Virus record (IMG/VR): IMGVR_UViG_3300034091_000431 | Direction: 5' to 3' (one strand) | Source: an uncultured virus (IMG/VR IMGVR_UViG_3300034091_000431) | Lineage: Duplodnaviria; Heunggongvirae; Uroviricota; Caudoviricetes | DNA: 64,000 bases | In this document: one piece after another, positions 24,016-34,000 of the stretch | How the letters are laid out: each line of letters starts with the position of its first letter | Numbering within the stretch: position 1 is the stretch's first letter | Translations under genes and position numbers: made by a program | The notes under the pieces: generated by a model | Seen by the model: the letters and a program-made list of their open reading frames with translations, nothing else | Databases searched by the model: none | Told to the model about the DNA's origin: nothing

Positions 24016-26199
24016 GTGATGGCCGTGACGGAGCTACCGGACGTCTCGTTACGGATTTTTCCCCTCCACGGCATACTTCCAGGCCCCGCCTGCACATGCT
24101 CATTAGGAGCCGAGTGCAGAGACATCGGCAAGCACCCGATGGTGGCCTGGAGACGCCACGAAGAAAACGCGAAAGGACCTAGTGGAGGCTACGGCATCCA
24201 GACCGGCGCCTTCAACGGCATCTTCGTCGTCGACCTCGACAAAAAACCTGACAGAAGCGGCATCGACGCACTACTTGAACTCGCACAAGGTCGACCAATT
24301 CCTGAAACGACTGGTATCATCACACCGACGGGTGGCGTGCACCTTTATTTTCGTCTACCGCCAAACGTTTACGTGCCTTGCAGTCGTGGCGCTCTCGGAC
24401 CGGGCATCGATGTCAGAGGAGAAGGTGGATACGTCGTCGGTCCGGGCTCGCCACACAAGAACGGCGGAATCTACCAAGAGGTGCCTCACCCACTAGCCGA
24501 CGCACCTGACTGGCTACTCGATCTCATCGTCAAGGAGCCGCCAGCACCTAAATCACTCAAGACCGAGCATAGAACCATTGAGCCATCGTCACCCGAGGGT
24601 GTTCGAGCGATCGAATGGGTCAAAAACTACCTGACCACGAAAGCGGAACCGTCCATTGAAGGACAGGGCGGCAGCGATCGCTTCTTTCACGTCTGCTGCC
24701 ATATCTTGAGCTCAGCGCTGCCGCTCAACGTGCTCCGGCAACTGATCGAGGAGGTCTACAACCCGAGGTGCGTACCGCCGTGGTCTGGTCCCGAAATCGA
24801 CCACAAGCTCGAAGATGCCGATCAACGCCCGGATCAGCTACCACGAGGCCTGCCATCGCCAGGTTTTTTCGATCGTATGCGCGGGCGAACGAAGGACACA
24901 GACGCCAGGATCCCCGATCCAACGCACGAGTACACGTTTTCCATAGGAATGAGGTCAAATGAGGACGCCTCCAAAGCTTCTTTTGGAGAGGTCGTCGCTG
25001 ATCTCTTCGATCACGTCGACTGGGCCGGAGTGCTCATGTTCGACACTTTCCGAGATCGCGTCGTCGCCATCGACCCGCCAATGAAAATGGACGCCCAGAC
25101 CAAAGGCCTGTCTGACAATGACGTGCAGCTCGTTAGAGCCTGGTTCGAGTACCACGGAAAAAAGCTCAACTCGCAGGACATCCGCGCTGCCATCGAAACC
25201 GTTGCGAGAGGGAGAGTGTTTCACCCGGTCCAGGACTACCTGACGACACTCTACTGGGACGAGGTACCCAGACTTGACCGCGTTCTACCCGAGTATTTTC
25301 AGACCGCGGACGGTGAATACGAACGCTCCATCGGCCCGCGATGGTTCATTTCGCTCGTCGCCCGAGCCATAGAACCGGGCTGTCAGAGCGACTGCACCCT
25401 CATTCTCGAAGGTGTGCAAGGCATCGGCAAGACCAATGCGTTTCGAAATCTCATGCACGATCCAACATGGTACGCCGCGAGCACCGCAGGGGTTGAGTCC
25501 AAGGACTTCTACGAGAACCTTCAAGGTGTTTGGCTCATGAGCTTCGACGAGCTCGATTCGCTTTCGAAGGGTTCACTGACGAGGGTCAAAACGGTCCTCA
25601 CCGAAACGCGCGACAAGTACCGCAAATCGTACGGGCACTACTCAGACGACCACCCACGTGCATGCGGTTTTTGTGGAAGCACCAACTCGGAGCAGTACCT
25701 GAACGATTCTGAAGGGGCCCGACGGTTCTGGCCGGTGAGAGTGCTGAGGACCATCGATTTTCAACGCATTGCGCTAGAACGGGACCAAATCTGGGCCGAG
25801 GCGTACGTGCGCTACCGCAACAAGGAACCTTGGCACGTCGACACGCCGGAGCTCCGAGCACTCTGCGAGGCAGAACAAGAAAAGCGTCTCGCCATCGACA
25901 GCTGGGAAGAAATCATCCTCAAGTGGTTCAACGACCCCACCAAGTTCTCCCGCACCCCGGTCGTCAAGAACGAGAAAAAGGGCGGTGTATTCAAAGGGGG
26001 CATGAGTGTGTTCGACGGTTCTAAAGGGGTCACGACGGCCGACGTGCTCGAACACGCGATCGGCAAACTCAAGGGACAGTGGTCTCAAGGAGAGGCCCAG
26101 CGCATCGGAAAAATACTCCGACGACTAGGTTTGGAGAGGACGCAATTTCGGGTCGGAAAATTAGCCAGAGAATGGCGCTACGTGTTTTCAACCACTTAG
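24016..26199 (+). CDS. bifunctional primase-polymerase fused to a VirE/VapE-like P-loop helicase
   Basis: GKHP, VVDLD, TPTGGVHLYF, GIDVRGEGGYVV, FHPVQDYL, GVQGIGKT, FDEL, GSTN, RRFWP. Confidence 0.9.
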   Translation: MMAVTELPDVSLRIFPLHGILPGPACTCSLGAECRDIGKHPMVAWRRHEENAKGPSGGYGIQTGAFNGIFVVDLDKKPDRSGIDALLELAQGRPIPETTGIITPTGGVHLYFRLPPNVYVPCSRGALGPGIDVRGEGGYVVGPGSPHKNGGIYQEVPHPLADAPDWLLDLIVKEPPAPKSLKTEHRTIEPSSPEGVRAIEWVKNYLTTKAEPSIEGQGGSDRFFHVCCHILSSALPLNVLRQLIEEVYNPRCVPPWSGPEIDHKLEDADQRPDQLPRGLPSPGFFDRMRGRTKDTDARIPDPTHEYTFSIGMRSNEDASKASFGEVVADLFDHVDWAGVLMFDTFRDRVVAIDPPMKMDAQTKGLSDNDVQLVRAWFEYHGKKLNSQDIRAAIETVARGRVFHPVQDYLTTLYWDEVPRLDRVLPEYFQTADGEYERSIGPRWFISLVARAIEPGCQSDCTLILEGVQGIGKTNAFRNLMHDPTWYAASTAGVESKDFYENLQGVWLMSFDELDSLSKGSLTRVKTVLTETRDKYRKSYGHYSDDHPRACGFCGSTNSEQYLNDSEGARRFWPVRVLRTIDFQRIALERDQIWAEAYVRYRNKEPWHVDTPELRALCEAEQEKRLAIDSWEEIILKWFNDPTKFSRTPVVKNEKKGGVFKGGMSVFDGSKGVTTADVLEHAIGKLKGQWSQGEAQRIGKILRRLGLERTQFRVGKLAREWRYVFSTT

Positions 26200-26507
26200 C
26201 CCTATGACCGTCACCGATGACTTTTTCTACCTAAAAATAGGCAGAAAATAAAAACAATGTGTTTTCAAGTACTTAGCCACACTTTGTCACCGATGTCACC
26301 TGTCACCACCGAGTTGCGCGGAGTCCTGTAGAAGTTGTAGGCGTGGTAATATACCTGTATTTATAGACCTGTATATTACATTGCTAGCTGTAGGTAGTTC
26401 ATAGGTATAAAGTGACATGGTGACCTAGTGACAACCTAGAAATCATTCAGTTTTTTTGTCACCAGCCGTCACCAGGCATTTTTCGCATGGTAAAATAGGA
26501 GGGTTCG
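26200..26507. other. putative replication origin: AT-rich, with GTCAC(C) iterons in both orientations
   Basis: GTCAC(C) at about 26210, 26286, 26295, 26302, 26458, 26468; GTGAC at 26412, 26420, 26428; AT-rich core; directly follows the primase-helicase. Confidence 0.65.
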
Positions 26508-27083
26508 ATGTCAACGCCGTGGACTGATTGTGGTACGTTCGAATTGTGGCAAGAGCAGGTCGCGGCCAAAGCCAGCGTTAGGGTAGATGGAGGTATTCTT
26601 GACGTGACCTCCGCTCGTGCCTGGTGGGAGGCAGAGCACTTCGACTCACCGGCGGAAGCACGTGGTGCATTCAAGCTTGCCTACCAGCAGGGGATGGACG
26701 GCATGGGTTCGTCGCCTCGAGAGTGGATGGGTCTCGACGAGAAAGCATTTGATGCGTGGATGCGGAAGGGCACTCTTCCGAGCGACGAGCCTGCACCGGT
26801 GGATGGTGAGTGCTTGCCCGGCGAGTGTGTGTATTTTGTCCAAGCAGGCGAGCACGTGAAGATCGGTACGAGTACGCGGACGGAAGCGCGTCTGTCTCAG
26901 GCACAAACGATGAACGCGCTTCCGGTGAAGCTCATCGGAACGGTCCGAGGCGATCGACGTCTGGAGAAGGTCCTCCACAAACGTTTCGATCATTTGCGGG
27001 TGCAGGGTGAGTGGTTCGCGGCTTCTCTCGAACTTTTGGCTTTCATCGACGGGTTGCTTTTTGTGGAGTCCACTCATGCCTGA
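26508..27083 (+). CDS. T5orf172/GIY-YIG-like domain protein
   Basis: VYFVQAG-HVKIG...RL-x-QT...E-xLH-xF-x-GEWF. Confidence 0.8.
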   Translation: MSTPWTDCGTFELWQEQVAAKASVRVDGGILDVTSARAWWEAEHFDSPAEARGAFKLAYQQGMDGMGSSPREWMGLDEKAFDAWMRKGTLPSDEPAPVDGECLPGECVYFVQAGEHVKIGTSTRTEARLSQAQTMNALPVKLIGTVRGDRRLEKVLHKRFDHLRVQGEWFAASLELLAFIDGLLFVESTHA

Positions 27084-27321
27084 CTGCCCCACCTGCGGCC
27101 AACGCATCCCCGAACCCCGCCCCCTCCGGGACGCTTCCCCAGACGACCACAAGGCCGCCCGCGCGGTCCGGGCGGTCTTGAACGAGCTAGTGGGTCAACC
27201 GCCGATGGCGGAGCTGCCCAGGGTGGTCACGGCGCTCGTGGCGGACCGCCTAGCGAAGCTGGGGTACCGTGATGCCCGCGGGATGGCGGAACGGGCTGTC
27301 GCCTACGTCTTGGGGGTCTGA
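27076..27321 (+). CDS. hypothetical protein (CPTCG)
   Basis: ATG after GGAG, overlapping the upstream gene end. Confidence 0.5.
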   Translation: MPDCPTCGQRIPEPRPLRDASPDDHKAARAVRAVLNELVGQPPMAELPRVVTALVADRLAKLGYRDARGMAERAVAYVLGV

Positions 27322-27535
27322 CCGTCGTCGATGACGCGCAGGTGCGCCGGAGCGCCCTTCTTGGCGACCCGGCTCCGCAGGTACGCGATGACCTCGAAGC
27401 GGTGCCCTCCTCGGGAGCAGCACGTGTCAGCGTGTTCTCTACCGGTCTGCTCCGCCCCCTTGGCCGTCCGGTTCACGCGGAAGGCCCCGCACGTGTAGAC
27501 GGCGAGGTAGACGGCGGCGGGAGGGGCGCGGTGCT

Positions 27536-28558
27536 TCACGGTTCTTGCGTCGGCCCCGACCACCACTCAACCCAGAACACGGGCGATGAGCGATTCCGCT
27601 TCCTACGCCACTCGGCGAGTGCAGCGGCGACCTCGTCGGTCGTGATCGGTCGGTCCGGGCGGTTCATCGCGCCAGCCCAGACCGATCTACCTCCCGAGGA
27701 CATGTAGATGTGCGCCTGGTACGGGAGTTCTTCTTCGCGGTACGCCAGTACCGTGACTTCGGCGGCTTCGCAGACCTTGTCCTGCAAGACGGAGAGCTCG
27801 TACTCGTAGTCTTCAGCGCCGAACATGCACTCGGTGGGGCCGTCCTGCCAGCGCACGTCGAAATCGGGTCTCTCGAGCCACCGCCGTTCGATCGGTCTCC
27901 CTGCCTTTTCGGCGGCGTCGATGCCGAGCTGCATCCCGGGGCTGACGCCAAGGTCCATGTAGACGACCGTCGCTTCAGCGACTTCGGCCCATGCGAGCCC
28001 TGCCTGGATGCCGAGGGCACGCTCGGCTGGGTCGAGGTCGTCGAGGATGCCCGGCTGGGTGTAGAGAAGGTGGCTCGCGAAAGGGCTCTCTCCTCGCTGG
28101 AGGCAGTCGTGCATGCACCGTCTGGCGTAGGCGATGTTCTTCTGTACGTCACCCGCGTACGGGCTCTCCAAGTACACGCGTCTCATCTCGTTCGTCCGCT
28201 CCTTGTGCATCCACGGCTGCCTACCGATGATGTCGATGACGTGTGACGGGTCGCTCGACTTCACCTCGACCTTGTGCACCTTCTCGGCGCGGAACTCGAT
28301 TTTGGTCAGAGTGGCGATCTTGTCCGTTTCCTTGACGATGCGTTCTTCGGTGAAGTCTGCCGGCGCGGTCGCTGAGTACCAGTTCTTCACGTCCTCGGAG
28401 TCAAAGGCCTTGCTGTCTCCGTAGTACCGGAACCGCCACTGAAGCTGCCATCCGGCGTGCTCGTCATCGCGCCATAGACACGCCATCCAGTCCCTCGTCT
28501 CGCAGCCGACGAACCACCAGTGGGAGAAGTAGCGTCCGGGCTTGATCTCGATCGTCAT
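27536..28558 (-). CDS. multi-domain ORF containing a DUF4406-like / nucleoside deoxyribosyltransferase-like domain
   Basis: VYLESPYAGD...PFASHLLY...GVSPGMQLGI; internal RBS and ATG at 28186. Confidence 0.65.
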   Translation of the reverse strand: MTIEIKPGRYFSHWWFVGCETRDWMACLWRDDEHAGWQLQWRFRYYGDSKAFDSEDVKNWYSATAPADFTEERIVKETDKIATLTKIEFRAEKVHKVEVKSSDPSHVIDIIGRQPWMHKERTNEMRRVYLESPYAGDVQKNIAYARRCMHDCLQRGESPFASHLLYTQPGILDDLDPAERALGIQAGLAWAEVAEATVVYMDLGVSPGMQLGIDAAEKAGRPIERRWLERPDFDVRWQDGPTECMFGAEDYEYELSVLQDKVCEAAEVTVLAYREEELPYQAHIYMSSGGRSVWAGAMNRPDRPITTDEVAAALAEWRRKRNRSSPVFWVEWWSGPTQEP

Positions 28559-28727
28559 CGTTTTCTTCCAGTCGAGTACCTCGTCTTCCGCTTCCCCAAC
28601 GTCCGCACCCGCAAGGTGACGGTGTACTCGCCGTCCTCTCCAAAGAGGTCGATCGAGAACGGATGCCAGTGGGTGTCAGGCTTCTGTTGGCAATCTGGGT
28701 CCATGCAGAGCTCCTCGATGATGCGCT

Positions 28728-29078
28728 TCATCGTTCACGCAACCGTTCTAGGACCACCTTTGCGCGGCATCCGCCGTCGCTAGCGCACGCTTCGATCGCC
28801 TGAACGAGCTCCTGCACGTCGTCGGCCACGACGAGGTAGTGCGTCTTTTCCTGGCCGAGCGCTTCGCGCACGCCGTCGATGGTCTCCGCGAACGCTTTGG
28901 ACGCGAGCTTCACCGCTTCGAGGTCCTGCGATAGACGCTCGATCGCGTTGGCGCAGTCGCGCAGGATGTTCCGTACCTCCGGCTCCTGGGACGGTGTCTT
29001 GTTACCGCCCTCGCCGACTTCCCAGGCGGTGCCGGCGGCGACTCGAGTTCGGGTGACGAGGACGTCGAGGTCGGTCAT
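28728..29078 (-). CDS. hypothetical coiled-coil protein
   Basis: ORF track; ATGA coupling. Confidence 0.55.
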   Translation of the reverse strand: MTDLDVLVTRTRVAAGTAWEVGEGGNKTPSQEPEVRNILRDCANAIERLSQDLEAVKLASKAFAETIDGVREALGQEKTHYLVVADDVQELVQAIEACASDGGCRAKVVLERLRER

Positions 29079-29575
29079 GATACACCAGCCGTGACCCGTA
29101 CGAGTCGCACGTCTTTACCTCGATCTGGAGTGTCGAGTCTAAACAGCCACAATGCGGCCATAGCTGCCGCACGCACGGTGTATCGAAGACGTTTTCCAGG
29201 CTGTTGCGTTTTCCAGTCCTTACCTTCGCAGCCTTCGCAGAGCCAGCCCCATTTGTCGTTTTCGCGCCAAATGAGCACCCAGTAGCAGGCTCGATCGGTG
29301 TTTGTTTCCTGCACGACTTTGGTGGTTCGACCCTCGCGCTGAGCGTGTGCGGAGAAAATGAACGTGTCCGGTCCTTGCTTGTTCTTCACGCGCTTGATGA
29401 GCCCCTTACGGACTAGCGCATTGAGCAGAGCGTGTCCGCCCTGGGACCTCTGAGCGGAGGTTCTATGTTTGCGCTCCGGCCAGAAGAGATCAGCGAACTC
29501 GAGCGCAGTCATCGGCCGCGTGAGGATGGTGGTCACGCGAGCAATGTACTCGGGGGAGAGGTCGAGGTAGTTCAT
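29075..29575 (-). CDS. hypothetical protein, possible N-terminal winged helix
   Basis: PMTALEFADL...LNALVRKGLIKR. Confidence 0.5.
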   Translation of the reverse strand: MNYLDLSPEYIARVTTILTRPMTALEFADLFWPERKHRTSAQRSQGGHALLNALVRKGLIKRVKNKQGPDTFIFSAHAQREGRTTKVVQETNTDRACYWVLIWRENDKWGWLCEGCEGKDWKTQQPGKRLRYTVRAAAMAALWLFRLDTPDRGKDVRLVRVTAGVS

Positions 29576-29780
29576 GACGGCGGCCTGTCGCTGAGTTTTG
29601 CCATGGCGTCACGGATCATTGGAGCGCATTCCTCGCAGCAGTCCATTGACATCTCCACGCCGCTGGCGCCGACCAGCAGACCCTCGGCAAAGGTGGTTAT
29701 TGCGGCCTTCTTTGGGTTCGTCAATGCGTCGTGCGCGTACTGACAGAAGGCGCATCCGTTGATGTTGCTCATGTCCGTGG

Positions 29781-29816
29781 GTTCTACTTGCAACGGACGA
29801 CTACGTCAAGTACAGT
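29781..29816. promoter_or_regulatory. overlapping divergent sigma70-like promoters
   Basis: Plus strand TTGCAA-17-TACAGT; minus strand TTGACG-17-TAGAAC; located at a strand switch. Confidence 0.6.
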
Positions 29817-29825
29817 GCCCGTCAG

Positions 29826-30008
29826 ATGCCTACGGAAGAAACACAAGACGTCGTCCTCGGGAGCATGCGTATCAGTAAGCGCCTCCACGCCGAAATCGTC
29901 GCTGAGCAGCAGCGACTCAAGAAGTTGACCGGCGGGATCGAGCCGTCCCTCGTGGACGTCATCCGGATGCTCATCGAGCGAGGTCTCGCGAACGGAAAAA
30001 AGAGGTGA
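29826..30008 (+). CDS. small RHH-like DNA-binding protein
   Basis: SMRISKRLHAEI...VDVIRMLIERGL. Confidence 0.6.
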   Translation: MPTEETQDVVLGSMRISKRLHAEIVAEQQRLKKLTGGIEPSLVDVIRMLIERGLANGKKR

Positions 30009-30340
30009 AAAAGCACCTCCTCGCCCGCCTCCCCTTCGGCTTCGAGCTCCGCATGCACATCTGGCCGCGCGGGGCCGAGGGGCCGGACGACGACCTCCAC
30101 AAGCACACCACGTGGCACGTGGCGCTCCCCTTGTGGGGCTCATTCGTCGAGAAGCGTTTCGAGCCGAACGACCGTCCGCGGGACATCGCTGAGATCGCTC
30201 GTGGTCCTTTCCGGTTCACTGGCGATCGCTTTCGCTGGCCGCTCCACCCGTACTTTTGCTCGAAGAAGACCATTCATACGCTCGCGCCGCTCGACGACAA
30301 TCCGGCGGCGTCGATCGTGCTCTCGGGGAGGTCGCGATGA
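30005..30340 (+). CDS. cupin-like protein
   Basis: LRMHIW...DLHKH-x-W...GSFVE...IHTL. Confidence 0.5.
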   Translation: MKKHLLARLPFGFELRMHIWPRGAEGPDDDLHKHTTWHVALPLWGSFVEKRFEPNDRPRDIAEIARGPFRFTGDRFRWPLHPYFCSKKTIHTLAPLDDNPAASIVLSGRSR

Positions 30341-30587
30341 AAAAGAAACGTCCAGTCCGTCGTCGTCGACACGCGAAGCTCTACAAGACCCTCGGTATCC
30401 CGAAGACCTGGATCGCGGTCCTCGACGAGTACCCGAACCCGCTTGAGGTCCTGCCGATCCTGATGGCGACGCGGAGCATCTCCGTCGCCGAAGAGATGAT
30501 CGACTCGATGGACGCCTTGGCCGACGCGCTTCTCGACGCGATCGGTGACGAGGAGTCGCGGGAGACTGAGGAGCTTGTGAGGCTTCA

Positions 30588-31013
30588 ATGAAGGCGTTGT
30601 CGCTCAGAAATCCGTGGGCGGCGCTCGTCGTCCATTTCGGCAAGCGCATCGAGAACCGCACCTGGAACACCCGCTTCCGCGGGGAGTTTCTCATCCACGC
30701 CGCGAAGGGGATGACCCGCCGCGAGTTCGACGAGGCGTACGAGTTTGCTCGGCCGGTCCTCGGAGGTTCGCTCCCGACGGCGGAACGGTTGCAGTCGATG
30801 CTTCAGTTTGGGGGCATTGTGGGACACGCCCGCCTGGTCGACGTGGTCCCGCCGTGCGCCTCAGCTTTTTGCTCCTGCAAGGCTGCGCTGTCGTTCGGTC
30901 GATCTTGGCACATGCCGGAGCAGTACGGGTTCGTGCTCGAGGACGTCGTCCCGCTCCCCTTCCGGCCCTGCAAGGGTGCGCTCGGGTTCTTCGAGCTCAA
31001 GGAGGCGGCGTGA
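30588..31013 (+). CDS. ASCH domain protein
   Basis: MKALSLRNPWA...GKRIENRTW...RGEFLIHA...GIVG...KGALGFF. Confidence 0.9.
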   Translation: MKALSLRNPWAALVVHFGKRIENRTWNTRFRGEFLIHAAKGMTRREFDEAYEFARPVLGGSLPTAERLQSMLQFGGIVGHARLVDVVPPCASAFCSCKAALSFGRSWHMPEQYGFVLEDVVPLPFRPCKGALGFFELKEAA

Positions 31014-34000
31014 GCGACATCGACTACGAGCCGATTCCGCCCGTCCCGTGGGCGCTCGAGAAGTCGTGCTCGCCGCGAGCCTGGTGCGCCGGCATGAAGA
31101 TGGCGCTCGAGGGCAGCCGAGAGAACTCGGGGGCGAGGGGTCTCTCCGTCATGCGCGGCTGGACCGGCGGAGAGAAGCATCCGCGGCTGCTCGGCGTGAA
31201 GTACAACCCTGGCGCGAAGCGTGACAGCATCGTGCTCAGTTTTTGTCCGTGGTGCGGACGATCGCTTCGATTCGAGAAGCCGAAGGAGGAACCGCATGAT
31301 TCGTGCTGAAGATATCCACGTGAACGAGAAGTACCCTTGTGAGATTTGCGGTGCACGTTGCGGGGTACGCACTACGCACCGAGCCCTCGGAACGCCGGAG
31401 GCGGTCGAAGCTGATAAGGTCGTGAACGCCGGGTTTGGGTACGTTGTCTACTACCAGATGCTCGGTGGTCCTTTGAAGACTCCCATCCCGATGCGGTTGA
31501 CGTGTCCGGAGTGTGGCAAGCTGCACGTGGACGAGGGGGAGTTCGCGACCAAGGTCCATCATACGCACTCGTGTCAATTTTGTGGGCTCACGTGGCGGCC
31601 CGCAGTCGAGCCGACCGTCGGCGTGCGGTTCTTGCCTGGGTTCAAGAACCCATGAAGCTCTGGTGGCACCTTCTCCACGGCTGGGCGGGCCAAGCCGCCG
31701 GCGCGGTCGTCTGCTGGTGGCGGAACGACCACGTGGTCATGTGGCAGGCCGGCATGCTTCCGACCACCACGTGGGGCGGCTTCACGTTCGACGATTTCTC
31801 GTTGAATAACGACCCGGACGATCCGTCGAACCTCTACTGGGAGCGAACGTACTGCACCCGCTGCGGGGTGACGCTCAAGGAGGAGACGCTGTGAGTGATT
31901 TCTTCATCCTAGCAGGAACGGTTTTGGTCGCCGTCTTCGGGGTGCTCGTCAGCGAAGTCCAGCGCCTTCGAAAGGAGCTCGAGACCTTGCGGGTCGCCAA
32001 CGACTACCTCGCCAGGAGGCTCACGGGAGAGATTTTCTACCGAACGGTTGCCTACCAGGATCCGGATTCGGACGCCGAGGTACGCGCGGTGCGGGCGGAG
32101 ATTGATCGAGAGCTCCGTGACTACCTGCACGGCGACTTCGACACGAATCCCGAGGCGTGGGAGAAGCGCGGAAACACGCGGAGCTACCGATGATCGATCT
32201 CAGAGTGAGCGGCGCGACCCGCATCGAGATCCGTTTCGGACCCCACGTGCGCGTCCTCTGGCAGTCCTACCGGAACGCGTGGGACGTGTTCACCGACAGT
32301 CAGTACCTGATGTCCTTCTCGACGTTCCAGGGCGCGTGTGATTGGGCGGAACGGTACGCCGAGGCGCGAGAAGCGGCTCTCCGGGTGGCATCATGAGACC
32401 GAAGGTCATCGAGTGCGGCGCCTGCGGGCACCCGGACTACCACTGTCCTGCGTCGGGCTGTAACCACGACGAATGCGAGTGCGAGGCGTTCCAGCGGGTG
32501 ACGGAGCTGGAGCTTCACGTGCTGGAGAAGGTAGGTTCCGGAAAGAGCCCATGGCCGCATGGCGTCCCGTCCAGGGTCACGAGCCAGACGCTTGCCCGTT
32601 TGGTGCGCAAGGGCTGCCTCAAGAGCTACCCGTACGCCGTCACCGACTCCGGCCACGCCGTCCTCCTCGGCACCCCGCCCGATACCTTGCAGAGCATCCT
32701 CGGGCTCGTGACCGAGACCCCGCCGACAGTCGAAGCGCTCGCGGCCCTGACGCGCGACCAGCGCGAAGAGCTCCGGGAGTGGGCGGGGAGAGAGCACCTG
32801 CGGGCGAGCGACAATCCGGTGAGGAGGAAGCCTAGGCCGAAGTGGCTGGATGCGTTGCCGAAGGAGCCTAGAAGGGGCGACGAACTGATCGATGGACTGT
32901 TCCGGAGAGATAAGCAGGTCTTCGAATGAGCACCGACTGGGACGTCCACTGCCTCGACTGCGACGACTCTCTGGGTCTTGACGGGACCAAGAACTCGGTT
33001 CTCGTTCTCATTGGAGACGCACCATCGCTGGTGGAGTTGTACGAGACCATTTCGAGCCTGCCCGATCTCGACATCGAGACCCGTGTCTACGGTCGTCAGA
33101 TAGCTCTGTCCTGGTTCGGGAAGCACGGCAAGCACCGCCTCATCGCGAAGGACGAGTACGGCCACCTCGACGACGAGTGCGGCGCTCGGTTCAAGTGCGG
33201 GCACTGCGACGTCGACAGTTACTGCAAGCGCGCTCGGGGGCACGGTGGCGAGCACGCGAACCGGCGCGACGGAGGGTGAGATGCCGAAGAGGGTGAAGCA
33301 GTACACGATGCGGCTGAACGACAAGGAGTATGCGCGGATCAAGCAGCTTGCGGAGCGCGACGGGGTGAGCATGTCCGATGCGGTGCGGATGCTCGTGAAG
33401 CGCGAGGACGACCGGTTGAAGGCTGAGAAGGAGGCGAAGAGGTGAGAACGAAACCGTTGCGAGAAGTCGTCTCCGGCGAGACCTTCCGCCCTGCCGGCTC
33501 TCCCGCCGCCTGGCAGACGGCTACCGCCGACGCCCAGGCGGACAAGCAGCGTGGCATTTGCGTCGTCGCCTGCCAGCCTCTCGGTGAGGTGCGGGGGCTC
33601 GGGCACTTGATGTGTGAGGTCAATCATGGGTGAAGAAGTAGAAATGCTGGACGTGACCGGCCGCCTCGTGCGCGTCAACGTCGTCGTCGCTCTCTTGGCG
33701 GTCGGCGAGACCCTGACGAGTGACCACCTGCGCGTGCCGTGCGGTTCTCAAGACGCCAACTACCCGAACTGGGTGGAAGCCCGGATCATTGGGCCGGAGG
33801 GGGCGTGATCAAGATCGGGGAGCTACGGGGCGAACTGCTGTCTGTTGCGACCAGCAAGAGCAAGTCGAGCAGGCGGGTGACTCACGCGAAGATCCAGGTA
33901 CTCGGCGAGTCTCCGGAGGCGGTGACCGTGCTCGTTCCGATCGAGCACGACCAGTACGGCGAGCTCGCCGAACATGTAGGCCGCCAGGTCAGGGTCTCCT

